From: Minisyncoccota bacterium
Lineage (GTDB): Bacteria; Patescibacteriota; Minisyncoccia; Phycocordibacterales; XYD1-FULL-46-19
Assembly: GCA_041665625.1 (NCBI GenBank)
Contig: JBAYIK010000004.1
Location: 26,503-90,502, forward strand
Direction: 5' to 3'
DNA: 64,000 nucleotides
Below, piece after piece: positions 1-9,107 of this stretch. The notes beneath the pieces are model-generated. The model did no database searches. It was not told where the DNA came from and saw only the letters and a program-made list of their open reading frames with translations. Position 1 is the first letter of the stretch. Every line of letters starts with the position of its first letter. Both the position numbers and the translations under genes were made by a program.

Positions 1-768
1 CCAGTTGTAAGATTCAGGGAGTAACTTGATCCAGGGTAATCAAAAGAAGCCTTGTTGGTTATTGTGAGGATATTATCTTTAGGCCAAGCAATTGACCACT
101 CAGTTAAGGGTGATGACCAGACTTTCTTAGAACTTTTTATAGACCAGTCGCTTGTATAGAGGTTTGCACTGCCATCTTTTTGTTGTTCTAGATAAGCAAC
201 CTTACTACTACCTGGAGAGACAGCGAGAGATAAGGGGTTGATCCAATTTGTTGTTTTTAGCTCAGAAGGCTCAGTGCTTGAGGCCGAATTCATCTTTAGT
301 TGACCAAGATAGGTAGAAATTTGGCCATTTTTTTCTTGTTTTAAGATAGAGCGCCAACCGCTGGTGTCACTCCCTAGATAAGCCTCACCTATCCCAGGGA
401 GGGTGGTATTGCTTAACCTAGCCATATTGTTCTGATTATCAAGAGAATATAGATTACCGGTTCCTTTCTCGACAAAAATAGTTATTAAATTCTTTCCCAC
501 TACTACAGTACCTATATTGGCAATGCTCATTTGGCTTAGTTCTGGGCGGTTTGGTACCCCCATCGCCGAACTTGGTCCCCCACTAATTGTGGTCGACCCT
601 GTGTTTATTATTTCCCCACCCGTTGTTGAAGCAATAGGGAAAAGTGGTGAGGGGGTGGTCATGGTTGTTGGGGGGAGAGTTGTTTTATTCTGATTGTAGA
701 CAAAGTACCCAATGATTCCCAGTGAGACGATAATAGCAATAACTAAAATTGTAATGATTATTTTTTTC
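1..768 (-). CDS. Partial CDS with its 5' end in the window, running off the left edge. Thr/Ser-rich protein with an N-terminal membrane anchor, or secreted. Unknown function.
   Basis: The reverse complement of 766-768 is ATG, followed by MKKIIITILVIAIIVSLGIIGYFVY. The frame stays open to position 1. It is absent from the ORF track because there is no stop in the window. Confidence 0.5.
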
Positions 769-770
769 AT

Positions 771-1145
771 TTAATTTAAGAAAGGAATATTTACTAGTAG
801 TTTAGTCGCTAAATCTGGGTTTATTTGGTCTAGAATTAACCAGGAAACGAGAGCGATCCCAACCCCCCAGGCAACCTTAATTATTCGTTCCTTAGCGTTG
901 ATCTTAAGAGAATAGACGTTAGAGAACATGTATTGGGCACCATAGATAACCAAAGCAATAACAGCAGCGAGCATGACGGCAATAAACAAAATAACATAAA
1001 CACTTTGAATATATTCAGTCAGGGTAGTTGGTGTCCCTGAGGCCTTGTTTATTCCCGCTGGCACAGTAACAGATTGCTCTAAAAGAACATAACCTTTGGC
1101 TGGGTCTGCGGCTTGGGCTAAAATAGGATTTTGGTTAGATGGCAT
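771..1145 (-). CDS. Small membrane protein with two hydrophobic segments. Candidate VirB2/TrbC-like pilin of the adjacent T4SS-like locus.
   Basis: 124 aa with two hydrophobic segments (VYVILFIAVMLAAVIALVIYGA and VAWGVGIALVSWLIL). Sits at the head of a co-directional T4SS gene set. The assignment rests on architecture only. Confidence 0.35.
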   Translation of the reverse strand: MPSNQNPILAQAADPAKGYVLLEQSVTVPAGINKASGTPTTLTEYIQSVYVILFIAVMLAAVIALVIYGAQYMFSNVYSLKINAKERIIKVAWGVGIALVSWLILDQINPDLATKLLVNIPFLN

Positions 1146-2151
1146 TGTAAGTTTTTAATAAATTATTACCGAACTTAATGTTAAAACGGTTATTGATGGA
1201 GTTGTTGGTGCTTACCCCACTACTTATTTGTAAGTTGATTTCATTTATTCCTGTTCCCCCACTAGGTTGGCGAACAGTTAGGATATTTGGGGTCTCTGTT
1301 TTTGGAGAGCTGAGGCTGTTAACGCGCCAGGCATAGTTGGCGTTGTCTAAGGAATCTAGTGGCCAGAAAAAAGGAATAGCGATAAAGCGAGCTTCTTCCC
1401 CATATAGTTCATAAGTGTCAACAATTTCCTTTTTATAATTAGTTCCTTCTAGTGGCACCTGCTCGTAGAAGGCAATTTCTGGTTTACTGAGATAAATAAC
1501 AAGACTTTTACTGGCGCGGCTCTTCCCATCGGCGCTTGATATTTTAAGGCTGATCTTGATTTGGCTATCTTTTGGTCCAGTGGAAATAGAGACGATATTC
1601 TTCCCCTTCCCTGAGATTTCCTTATTAAGCGTCTCATCAATATACCAACTATAGATAAGATCGTTGGTTTTTAAGACTTGTCCTAGTTGATTTGTTAGAA
1701 AAGGGGTAGCCAAAACTTTGAGTGAGGCTCCGGCACTGGCGCGAGCCTTACCTTGGTAGAAGGGCGGGGTTAAGGTATTAGCTTGCCAGGAAAAACTAAT
1801 ATCTGACGGTTCAAAATAGAAACTTTTATCAGCCAGATGTCTTTGGTTATAGAAAACAGAGACTTTAATGCGTGTTGGTTTACCTAATTGCCCTAATTGA
1901 AAAGAGTATTTTTTATTACCAATTGAGGAGATCTTAAGGATTCCGTCTTGGTACCAATCATAGCGAGCATTTTCATTATCAAAACCAAATCCAGTTAAAG
2001 AGATAGAGACCATCCCCCCTGGGGCGGGCTCTTGAGGAATAACTTCGGCGACAATATTAGTCCCTGTCCCGGTCTCGGTGACGGCCCAAGCCAATAAGGG
2101 TAGGCAAAGAACCAGGATTAGTAAGTAGAAAGCTTTTTTAAATTGTCTCAT
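1135..2151 (-). CDS. Secreted protein of unknown function with an N-terminal signal peptide.
   Basis: MRQFKKAFYLLILVLCLPLLAWA signal-like N-terminus. Co-directional with the T4SS genes. Confidence 0.5.
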   Translation of the reverse strand: MRQFKKAFYLLILVLCLPLLAWAVTETGTGTNIVAEVIPQEPAPGGMVSISLTGFGFDNENARYDWYQDGILKISSIGNKKYSFQLGQLGKPTRIKVSVFYNQRHLADKSFYFEPSDISFSWQANTLTPPFYQGKARASAGASLKVLATPFLTNQLGQVLKTNDLIYSWYIDETLNKEISGKGKNIVSISTGPKDSQIKISLKISSADGKSRASKSLVIYLSKPEIAFYEQVPLEGTNYKKEIVDTYELYGEEARFIAIPFFWPLDSLDNANYAWRVNSLSSPKTETPNILTVRQPSGGTGINEINLQISSGVSTNNSINNRFNIKFGNNLLKTYNAI

Positions 2152-2169
2152 TTCCTCTAATTATAATAC

Positions 2170-3063
2170 TTAAATGGCGATTGGCCAATCATCCGGTTTC
2201 TCCTCTTCTTTTTCGGCTGGGACCAACCCCCCGGTTTTTTGGTCGAATTCAACATAGGCGTCATTAGGGGTTGAGACTTTATATTCTTTTGCCTCTGGCT
2301 CCCTGAGTGACTTTAGATATTCATCACTTAGTTTTTTTGTCCCATCGGGATTTGTCTCTTCTGAAGCCTTCGCTATTTGTCGAGTTCGCCTAAAGCTCTC
2401 AGCTCTCTTCACTCCGTCATTGATAGCAGCTTTTTTGGTGGGTCGGTCTTGGTTATCACTCTCCCTGATGATCTTCTTGGCTTCACTAATTATTTTTTCT
2501 GAACGAATGTTTAAAGTCCCTTTACTTGAATATGCCCCTTCTCCTTCCTCGTCTATTAAGTCTATATTGTTGTTTAGGGCCTCCATTTCTTCATAAGTTA
2601 GCTGCCCCAATATAGCAAGCTTCTTTTCGGCTTTCCTCATTCTTCTTTTTGTTAGGTACCAGGCGTAGAAGATTGTAGAAATGTTGCCTGGGACGAGAAC
2701 GATATCAACATAAGGAATAAAAGCAATTAATCCGTTTAATACCCAAAAGGTGATCTTCATTTTTTTATTAAAGAGTAAGCCCTTTTTGGTAAACATAAAA
2801 ATATAGATTCCCCCACTTACAACAAGGGCAATAGCATCCCCAAAGATGGGGATGAGGCCAATTAAATCCTTGGCTAACGTTAAGGTTATGATGGCAGAGA
2901 AGGCAACATTCGCATGTCCAGCCGAAACCAGGCCATTTAACTTTTTAGCTAATTTCTCGGAGGACTCTTTTACATTAATCTTTATTCTGATATTAGACTC
3001 CTTCCCGCCGCTAGGAGACTCATCTCCAACGAGCTCATTTGCTAGGTCTCCAAATGTTGACAT
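2170..3063 (-). CDS. Membrane protein of unknown function.
   Basis: Internal hydrophobic helices followed by a charged C-terminal half. Lies in the T4SS-like operon. Confidence 0.5.
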   Translation of the reverse strand: MSTFGDLANELVGDESPSGGKESNIRIKINVKESSEKLAKKLNGLVSAGHANVAFSAIITLTLAKDLIGLIPIFGDAIALVVSGGIYIFMFTKKGLLFNKKMKITFWVLNGLIAFIPYVDIVLVPGNISTIFYAWYLTKRRMRKAEKKLAILGQLTYEEMEALNNNIDLIDEEGEGAYSSKGTLNIRSEKIISEAKKIIRESDNQDRPTKKAAINDGVKRAESFRRTRQIAKASEETNPDGTKKLSDEYLKSLREPEAKEYKVSTPNDAYVEFDQKTGGLVPAEKEEEKPDDWPIAI

Positions 3064-3076
3064 CTTTCTTTATTTT

Positions 3077-4900
3077 TTAGGCTTGTTCCCCCTGCTTTGC
3101 TGCCTGGAATTCGGCCTTAGCCTTCTTGATGGCTAAAATTTGCGATGGGTCAGAAGTGATAATTTGTTCCTCAGTATAAGAAGCTTCAATCCTAATCTCG
3201 ACACGCTTAAGGCCGGCAATAAAGATGCCATTACCAATTGGTGATTCTAGTAAGAAATACTTTTCTTCGTCGGTCAGGTTGAAGATTTGCTGAACTTGGT
3301 CAATAGAGGCTGGAGATTGTTTAAGTAGGATCTGAATTGAGGAGTTGGTGATGATAGGCATGCCGTATTGGGACTTAATGAAGTCGCCAACGTCTTGGGT
3401 GATGGTTGCAACGCCGAGATAATACTTACGACCTCTTTTAACAAGAGCATAGAGGAAGGAGGCGGTATCATCAGCCTTCATCATCCACCAGGCCTCATCG
3501 ACGACGAGGAGTCTCTTTTTAAGATTACGACGAACCGCATTCCAGATGTGGTGCATGACAATATACATAGCTACAGGTTTGAGTTCATCTTCCATGTCGC
3601 GGATAGAGAAAACAACGAATTTCTTGTTGATATCAACGTTGGTGGGTTTATTGAGAAATCCGGCCCAGGTGCCTTGGGTATATTTGAGCAATCTCTGAGC
3701 CAGGGACTCCCCTCCTTCCATTCCGGCTAAGACTAGTTCGAGGTCAGATAAAAGTGGCGCAGGCTTGTTGGTGAAGTCGGTGTCGGGGGTGATATCTTTA
3801 AGAGCATAAGTCTCAGAGATGGCGTTATCAAGGATAGAATCTTCCTCTGGGCTAAGGCCCCCAAGCATGATACGGAAGAGCCCAACCAGGTTGATGATGT
3901 TAGAACGTAAAACATCTGAAGGAGACTCGTCTTCTCGAGCAAAGGGTAAGTCAAAGGGGTTAATATGGTGCTCAGAGGTTAAAGAAATATTAAAATAACG
4001 TCCGCCGACTGCTTCGGCCAAGAATTCATACTCTCGTTCTGGGTCGATGACAATAACATCAATATCAAACATGAGGCTCCGCAGAATCTCTAGTTTAGTA
4101 GCAAAAGATTTTCCTGATCCGGATTTAGCAAAGATGACTGAGTTGTAGTTCTCTAGAGAAAAACGGTCAAAGATGACCAAGGAAGAGTTGTGCATGTTGC
4201 GGCCATAGAGAATCCCTTTATTTGAGGTGAGGTCAAAGGAGACAAAGGGGAAGATACTAGAGAGCGGAGTAGAGTTAATTCGGGTATTCACTTCTAATAG
4301 ATCGGTGGCAAAAGGAATAACGCTCTTGAAACCCTCAGCTTGTTGGAAAAGTGCCGTCTTAAGGTAAATCAATTTAGCATCTAAGATCGATCGGATATCA
4401 CCCTCGGTTTTCTCAAGTTCCTCCTCGGTATTACCATATAGAGTAACATAGAGGCCAACGCTAAACATTTTTTCTGTTGCTTGCATTAATTGGTCACGTA
4501 GATTCTCGATGTCGGCTTGAGCAGTATCAAGCATTGGATCACGAACCATCCCCTTCTCTTCCCTTGTTATTATCTGACTCTCAACCTCGGCAATTTTTTT
4601 CTGTAAGGTACGAAGAGTGACCGTTGTGTCTAAAGGGTGAACAAAAATAGAAATATCAAAGACGCTATCAAGGTTAATAATCGGAGAAAACCATTCCTCA
4701 CTTAAGAATCGGGGGTAAGAAATAACAAAGAGTGTTCGGGCTATTTTTTCACCCAGGTCAAGACTCTTCGGTGTTATACGTAGAGCGGATGGTGAAATAA
4801 TATCACGCAACTCAAGGACCCCTACTTGATAAATATCCTGGGGGAGAAGAGGAATCAGGTTCTCTTTCTTCTTGTTGCTGCTAAAAAAGGGTATATCCAT
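3077..4900 (-). CDS. virB4: VirB4/TrbE/CagE-family type IV secretion ATPase.
   Basis: Walker A motif FAKSGSGKSF and Walker B motif LLVVDEAWWM. Size and context match the VirB4 family. Confidence 0.85.
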   Translation of the reverse strand: MDIPFFSSNKKKENLIPLLPQDIYQVGVLELRDIISPSALRITPKSLDLGEKIARTLFVISYPRFLSEEWFSPIINLDSVFDISIFVHPLDTTVTLRTLQKKIAEVESQIITREEKGMVRDPMLDTAQADIENLRDQLMQATEKMFSVGLYVTLYGNTEEELEKTEGDIRSILDAKLIYLKTALFQQAEGFKSVIPFATDLLEVNTRINSTPLSSIFPFVSFDLTSNKGILYGRNMHNSSLVIFDRFSLENYNSVIFAKSGSGKSFATKLEILRSLMFDIDVIVIDPEREYEFLAEAVGGRYFNISLTSEHHINPFDLPFAREDESPSDVLRSNIINLVGLFRIMLGGLSPEEDSILDNAISETYALKDITPDTDFTNKPAPLLSDLELVLAGMEGGESLAQRLLKYTQGTWAGFLNKPTNVDINKKFVVFSIRDMEDELKPVAMYIVMHHIWNAVRRNLKKRLLVVDEAWWMMKADDTASFLYALVKRGRKYYLGVATITQDVGDFIKSQYGMPIITNSSIQILLKQSPASIDQVQQIFNLTDEEKYFLLESPIGNGIFIAGLKRVEIRIEASYTEEQIITSDPSQILAIKKAKAEFQAAKQGEQA

Positions 4901-4901
4901 A

Positions 4902-5615
4902 TTATTTATTTAAATCTTCTTTGGCGCTATCAATAGTTGGTGTCTCGTTTTCCCCTGGGTTAAAAATCTTGAAATAGATTTCGATCAATTCCTCTGTGCC
5001 AAGGATCTCGCTTCGGAGCCCAACACGATTTAGTCCACTTTTGACAACATTAATGCGTTGATTTAATTGCTCTAGATTCTCCTCAAAGCTACTCATGGCT
5101 TGTGTTTTATTGCCTTTAGCCTTTTTTTGACCCAAGAGGCCACTAAGGAACCCTCCTCCCCCACCTTGGATGAAGGCCGGCTCATAAGGGACGACAACAA
5201 AGAAGCTTTTGGTCATGACGTTATGGCTCTCAGTGAAAAATTTTATGTACTCGATATACTCTTTAATCTGTATCTTGAGTAGTTCATTGGTTTGCTCATT
5301 CATTCTTTCGGCGAGGGTCGCGAGGTATGGTTTGATATCAAGACGACGGGACTGGATAAAAATTTGAAAGGTGAAATCCACAGAGTTAAGGAAATTTTGG
5401 AAAGCCCCAATAATAGCTGTTTTCTCGTCAATAGATTTGAGGCCAAAGTTGACGGAAGAGACCATAATTATCGCCCGCAAGGATCCATCCTTGAGAACGA
5501 CGGTCCCATTCTTAATCTCCTTGATAGGGACGAAGTCTTGAGAGGCGCTACTTTGTTTGGTTAAGTCATTAAGATTCATATTCTTCTTTGTTTTCTGGGT
5601 TTCCTTGGACATCAA
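4902..5615 (-). CDS. Hypothetical soluble protein in the T4SS locus. It could be an accessory protein or a split-off domain associated with VirB4 (inference).
   Basis: 237 aa with no transmembrane segment. Immediately upstream of virB4 and translationally adjacent to it. Confidence 0.4.
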   Translation of the reverse strand: MMSKETQKTKKNMNLNDLTKQSSASQDFVPIKEIKNGTVVLKDGSLRAIIMVSSVNFGLKSIDEKTAIIGAFQNFLNSVDFTFQIFIQSRRLDIKPYLATLAERMNEQTNELLKIQIKEYIEYIKFFTESHNVMTKSFFVVVPYEPAFIQGGGGGFLSGLLGQKKAKGNKTQAMSSFEENLEQLNQRINVVKSGLNRVGLRSEILGTEELIEIYFKIFNPGENETPTIDSAKEDLNK

Positions 5616-6003
5616 GACTCCAAGAAAGATCTTTTAATTTACTCGCTGAGAGTCTTGGTAGATTTGCTCCCTCTGGTCCAGCCATCACCTTACTAACAAC
5701 CTCAGTTTTCTTAATATCTGTGCCCGCACCCTGTTTCCATAAATATAATTTCTTGGTGAAGACATATTTGATGAAGGATTCGAGGATGAAGATAAAGCTA
5801 CGGCCGTTATATTTATAGAAAGCGAGAGAGACTACCAGGCCCCCGGTTCCAAGGATGAGAAAGATAGAGATAAAAAAGGGCAGATAAACATACCAAATGA
5901 AGCAAAGACCTGCTCCCCCGGCTAAGTAAAGGAATTGTTTGAAAGTGAGAGGACCAAAAATGGTATCCTCCATCTCAATAAATTGTGGGACCTGAAATTG
6001 CAT
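5569..6003 (-). CDS. PrgI/VirB3-like small membrane protein.
   Basis: N-terminus MQFQVPQFIEMEDTIFGPLTFKQFLYLAGG followed by two transmembrane helices. This resembles the PrgI-family signature and its position beside VirB4. Confidence 0.45.
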   Translation of the reverse strand: MQFQVPQFIEMEDTIFGPLTFKQFLYLAGGAGLCFIWYVYLPFFISIFLILGTGGLVVSLAFYKYNGRSFIFILESFIKYVFTKKLYLWKQGAGTDIKKTEVVSKVMAGPEGANLPRLSASKLKDLSWSLDVQGNPENKEEYES

Positions 6004-6023
6004 TGCTAGTTTTAGCTTGGGGA

Positions 6024-6485
6024 CTAGACGATGGGTTCACGATAAGGATCACGTGCCGGTTTACCGCTCGTTTCCTTGTTCTCATTATCCCCTGTTTGCG
6101 TCTTAACTTCAACTTCTTGTTTGGGGACATTCACTACTCCGCCCATCTTTTGGTCGAAAATCTGCTGAGGTGAGCTCATTTTTTCAATTTCACCTCTGAT
6201 TTTAGAAAAAATTTCTTGGTTGAGGTCATAAGTAATGAGGTTGGCGATGTCTTCAGAAAGACCAAGATACTTACGGAGGTTATAGTTAAAGTTAGTGTTT
6301 CTTTCTAGTCCATGGAGGACAAGTGATACCTCTTCATTAAGAATACTAAGTTGGTCAATATGGAGGTTGTATTTCTTACCAATATCAAGGATTTTATCAA
6401 TTGTTTCTTCGGACCCCATAAAATCCTGAACAACTTTGGGTAGTTGTTGATATTGAGCGCGCATTTGTTCTTTGGTGTATCTCAT
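6024..6485 (-). CDS. Hypothetical protein in the T4SS locus.
   Basis: 153-aa ORF co-directional with and packed tightly against its neighbours. Confidence 0.4.
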   Translation of the reverse strand: MRYTKEQMRAQYQQLPKVVQDFMGSEETIDKILDIGKKYNLHIDQLSILNEEVSLVLHGLERNTNFNYNLRKYLGLSEDIANLITYDLNQEIFSKIRGEIEKMSSPQQIFDQKMGGVVNVPKQEVEVKTQTGDNENKETSGKPARDPYREPIV

Positions 6486-6501
6486 TTGTTTTATTTTTTA
6501 G

Positions 6502-9102
6502 TTAGAAGCCAGAGCCATTACCCTCGAAGTAGGCTTTTAGTCTTTGTAATTCCTTAGGTAGCGTCCCTGTTGAGCTACTGATGGCTCTCTCGATTTTCTC
6601 TCTTATTGCATCCTTCTCTGACTGCTGGAAGGAGGCAGAACCACGTATTGCTTGTAATTGTTCTGTTGTTAGTTTGGTTGCAATATTTTGATAGGCCAAG
6701 CTGCCTGGGTCAAGGTCCGTGATGTGCTCAGGGCGTATATTTCTTATGTCACTATCACTAATACTTGCCCCTTGGCCATCCTTGAACATTTGTTGGACCT
6801 TGGCCAAAGCGGCTTCAGACTGAGCAGTTCTTGTTTGTTTAGACTCCTCTCTCTTTGTTTCCTCTTTGTCTCTTCCAACTAAGGCCTCTTTTATTGTCTT
6901 CACCCTAAGCTTAAGGGTTGCATCGCCGGCAATATCTTTTTCTAGCTCTATCCTCTCGGCTGGGGTGAGTTTTTTGTACACAGCACTTAGGTCCCCATCA
7001 GAGAGAGAGGAGAGAGCGAGAGCTTTGTCTCCTCCCTTGCTACTCTTTACCATCTCAGCGGCGATATCTTGAGCCTTCTTTCCTGATAGCTTTCCTCTGT
7101 TCTGGGCCATACGATCAGCAACCATTTGAGCCCCCTTCTTAGCGCCGGCAGTAGCATTTGGATCAGCCAAGATTTTACGGGCAGCCAGTTCAACCTTCAC
7201 ACTCTCATTACCCATGTTGTTGTAAATATAATCGAACTCCTCCTTACCTCTGAAGCCGGCAAGACCTTCGACGAAGCGGGATTTTTGCTCGTCGGTCTCA
7301 AGGTTCTTGACATCACTTAAGATACTCTTAGCTCTTTCGTCAACACTAAATGGCTGGACCCCAAGGGCCGAAGTGAGAGGGTTCCTGATGGCCTGGCCGG
7401 CACGTTTGCCATATTCACTCTCTCGAGCCGTTCTTAAGACTCCAGTATCCCAGCTACGGCGAACAAGGCGAAGCCCACCTTCATTCCAACTCTTAGCGGC
7501 AGCTTTTCCAACAGATGAACCAGCAATTCCTGCTCCCACTCGGTTGGCCAGACGTCCCCCGTAACGACTAAGAGGGCGGCTGAGCATCTGCCTTGCTTTA
7601 GAGGCAAAACCGGGAGTGGCTTCGGCCCCGACTTCACTGACCTTTTGGGCGATGAAGATACAAGAAACAATTAGGCCAAGAATAATAATATTGACGACAA
7701 CGAGTGTCCCTGACCCTCCTCCCGCAATTGCCCAACCAGATGTCCCAGAGGTTCCCCCGACATCGGATATCCCCCCTTTTCCTAAGAGCATAAAGACAAG
7801 GTAAAGTGGGATGAGAAAGGCGGGGGCGAAGAATGACTGTTTAACAAGCTCGTTCATCCAGGACTTGAAATAATTAAATTTAGTCCCAGGGATTATTTGA
7901 GACATAAAGGCAAATGGAGAAACTATATATATGAATAATAAAACAACTGTTCTTATTATGAATAGAAAAGCAGCAATAAGAAGAACTATCGCTGTCGCCA
8001 GGAAGATAAAAATATTGCCAAAAGTTTGTCCAATAATACTCAAGAAACTAAGGCGATTTATTTTGGGCTCAATAATGACAGAAGAATCAATATTTCCGTC
8101 GCCAGTAGCGTTGGTTACATAAAGCTTGTCGAGCATTAATTTTTTCACGAGCTCTGTCCCAATAGTTTTGAACTCCATACCTGCACCACCCATCGATTGA
8201 TAGAATTCATAGGCGATAATATTTGATGTGTCGACAACAACCCTAACGAAGAAACCACTAAAATTGACCAGAAGGGCAACAATGACCACATTTGTGATCA
8301 TCTTTTTAGGATCACTAATACCCTTAAGGTCAAAAATTGTTCCGATGGCTATATAAAGAAGGATAAAGACAAAAAAGAGGTTAGAAAAATCACGGACGAG
8401 TTTCCAGGCAGAACTTACGGCATCTGCTTGGAACCAGGTTGTGACCATGGTTATAGACATGTAGACAGAGACATCAAAAATTTTACTGGCTAACCATAAA
8501 ACTAAAACAAAGAGCCAGGAGACAAGATTCCCTGTCCAACCCACCGTTCTCATTAGGCAGTTACCTATATTAATTCCGCCACTAACAGTAAAACAAGAAG
8601 CGTTGTCTATGGCTCCCTCTAGTTTTGTCTCGTTTAACATTTTAACGAGGTTGGCTTTACGATCTTTAACAATCTGGTCATATCTTGCTTGAGCAGCCTT
8701 CTTCTCGGCTGGGGTCTTGGCGTTTTGCAGCATAACACTCTGCAATTGTTGTTCCCCACTGTTTATAATTTCTTTAGCCCTTTTAATGGCCGAGTTGTTT
8801 TTTGTAATGCTGTTCTCCGCTTCTTTTATGCTGTTTCTTATTGAATCGTCTATTATCCACCAATGATTCTGTTTCTGAAGATCTTCAATCGTCTTTCTTT
8901 GTCCAACGTTAGCTGCCTCCATGTTATCAATAATTTGTTGCTGTCTTGGTATCTCGGTATTCAGATAAGTAATCCACTGCTCCTCAGTAACAGCCGCCCT
9001 CATTGTTGTTGGTAGAGCCCCAAATAAGACAAATATAAAGGCTAAAGCAGTAAAAATTGCTTTTCTAAAAAATACTTTATTATCTACTAAGGAAGAAAAC
9101 AT
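6502..9102 (-). CDS. Large polytopic membrane protein, VirB6/TrbL-like, with a long hydrophilic C-terminal tail.
   Basis: Signal/transmembrane N-terminus, a coiled-coil region, then many transmembrane helices with Gly-rich loops. This is the typical position of a VirB6 analogue in conjugation modules. Confidence 0.5.
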   Translation of the reverse strand: MFSSLVDNKVFFRKAIFTALAFIFVLFGALPTTMRAAVTEEQWITYLNTEIPRQQQIIDNMEAANVGQRKTIEDLQKQNHWWIIDDSIRNSIKEAENSITKNNSAIKRAKEIINSGEQQLQSVMLQNAKTPAEKKAAQARYDQIVKDRKANLVKMLNETKLEGAIDNASCFTVSGGINIGNCLMRTVGWTGNLVSWLFVLVLWLASKIFDVSVYMSITMVTTWFQADAVSSAWKLVRDFSNLFFVFILLYIAIGTIFDLKGISDPKKMITNVVIVALLVNFSGFFVRVVVDTSNIIAYEFYQSMGGAGMEFKTIGTELVKKLMLDKLYVTNATGDGNIDSSVIIEPKINRLSFLSIIGQTFGNIFIFLATAIVLLIAAFLFIIRTVVLLFIYIVSPFAFMSQIIPGTKFNYFKSWMNELVKQSFFAPAFLIPLYLVFMLLGKGGISDVGGTSGTSGWAIAGGGSGTLVVVNIIILGLIVSCIFIAQKVSEVGAEATPGFASKARQMLSRPLSRYGGRLANRVGAGIAGSSVGKAAAKSWNEGGLRLVRRSWDTGVLRTARESEYGKRAGQAIRNPLTSALGVQPFSVDERAKSILSDVKNLETDEQKSRFVEGLAGFRGKEEFDYIYNNMGNESVKVELAARKILADPNATAGAKKGAQMVADRMAQNRGKLSGKKAQDIAAEMVKSSKGGDKALALSSLSDGDLSAVYKKLTPAERIELEKDIAGDATLKLRVKTIKEALVGRDKEETKREESKQTRTAQSEAALAKVQQMFKDGQGASISDSDIRNIRPEHITDLDPGSLAYQNIATKLTTEQLQAIRGSASFQQSEKDAIREKIERAISSSTGTLPKELQRLKAYFEGNGSGF

Positions 9103-9107
9103 TTTAA

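Noticed and set aside
1449-1640. Small ORFs nested or overlapping inside larger genes in the track, for example 1449-1640, 3274-3471, 7434-7670, 22645-22968 and 56551-56919.
   Set aside because: They are fully contained within or heavily overlap strongly supported longer CDSs on the same or opposite strand. They have no independent signals.
4902-5615. Calling the 237-aa ORF upstream of virB4 a split-off VirB4 N-terminal domain.
   Set aside because: The 607-aa VirB4 already has an N-terminal region of normal appearance. The resemblance of the 237-aa protein to VirB4 is too weak to assert from sequence alone. It is left as hypothetical.
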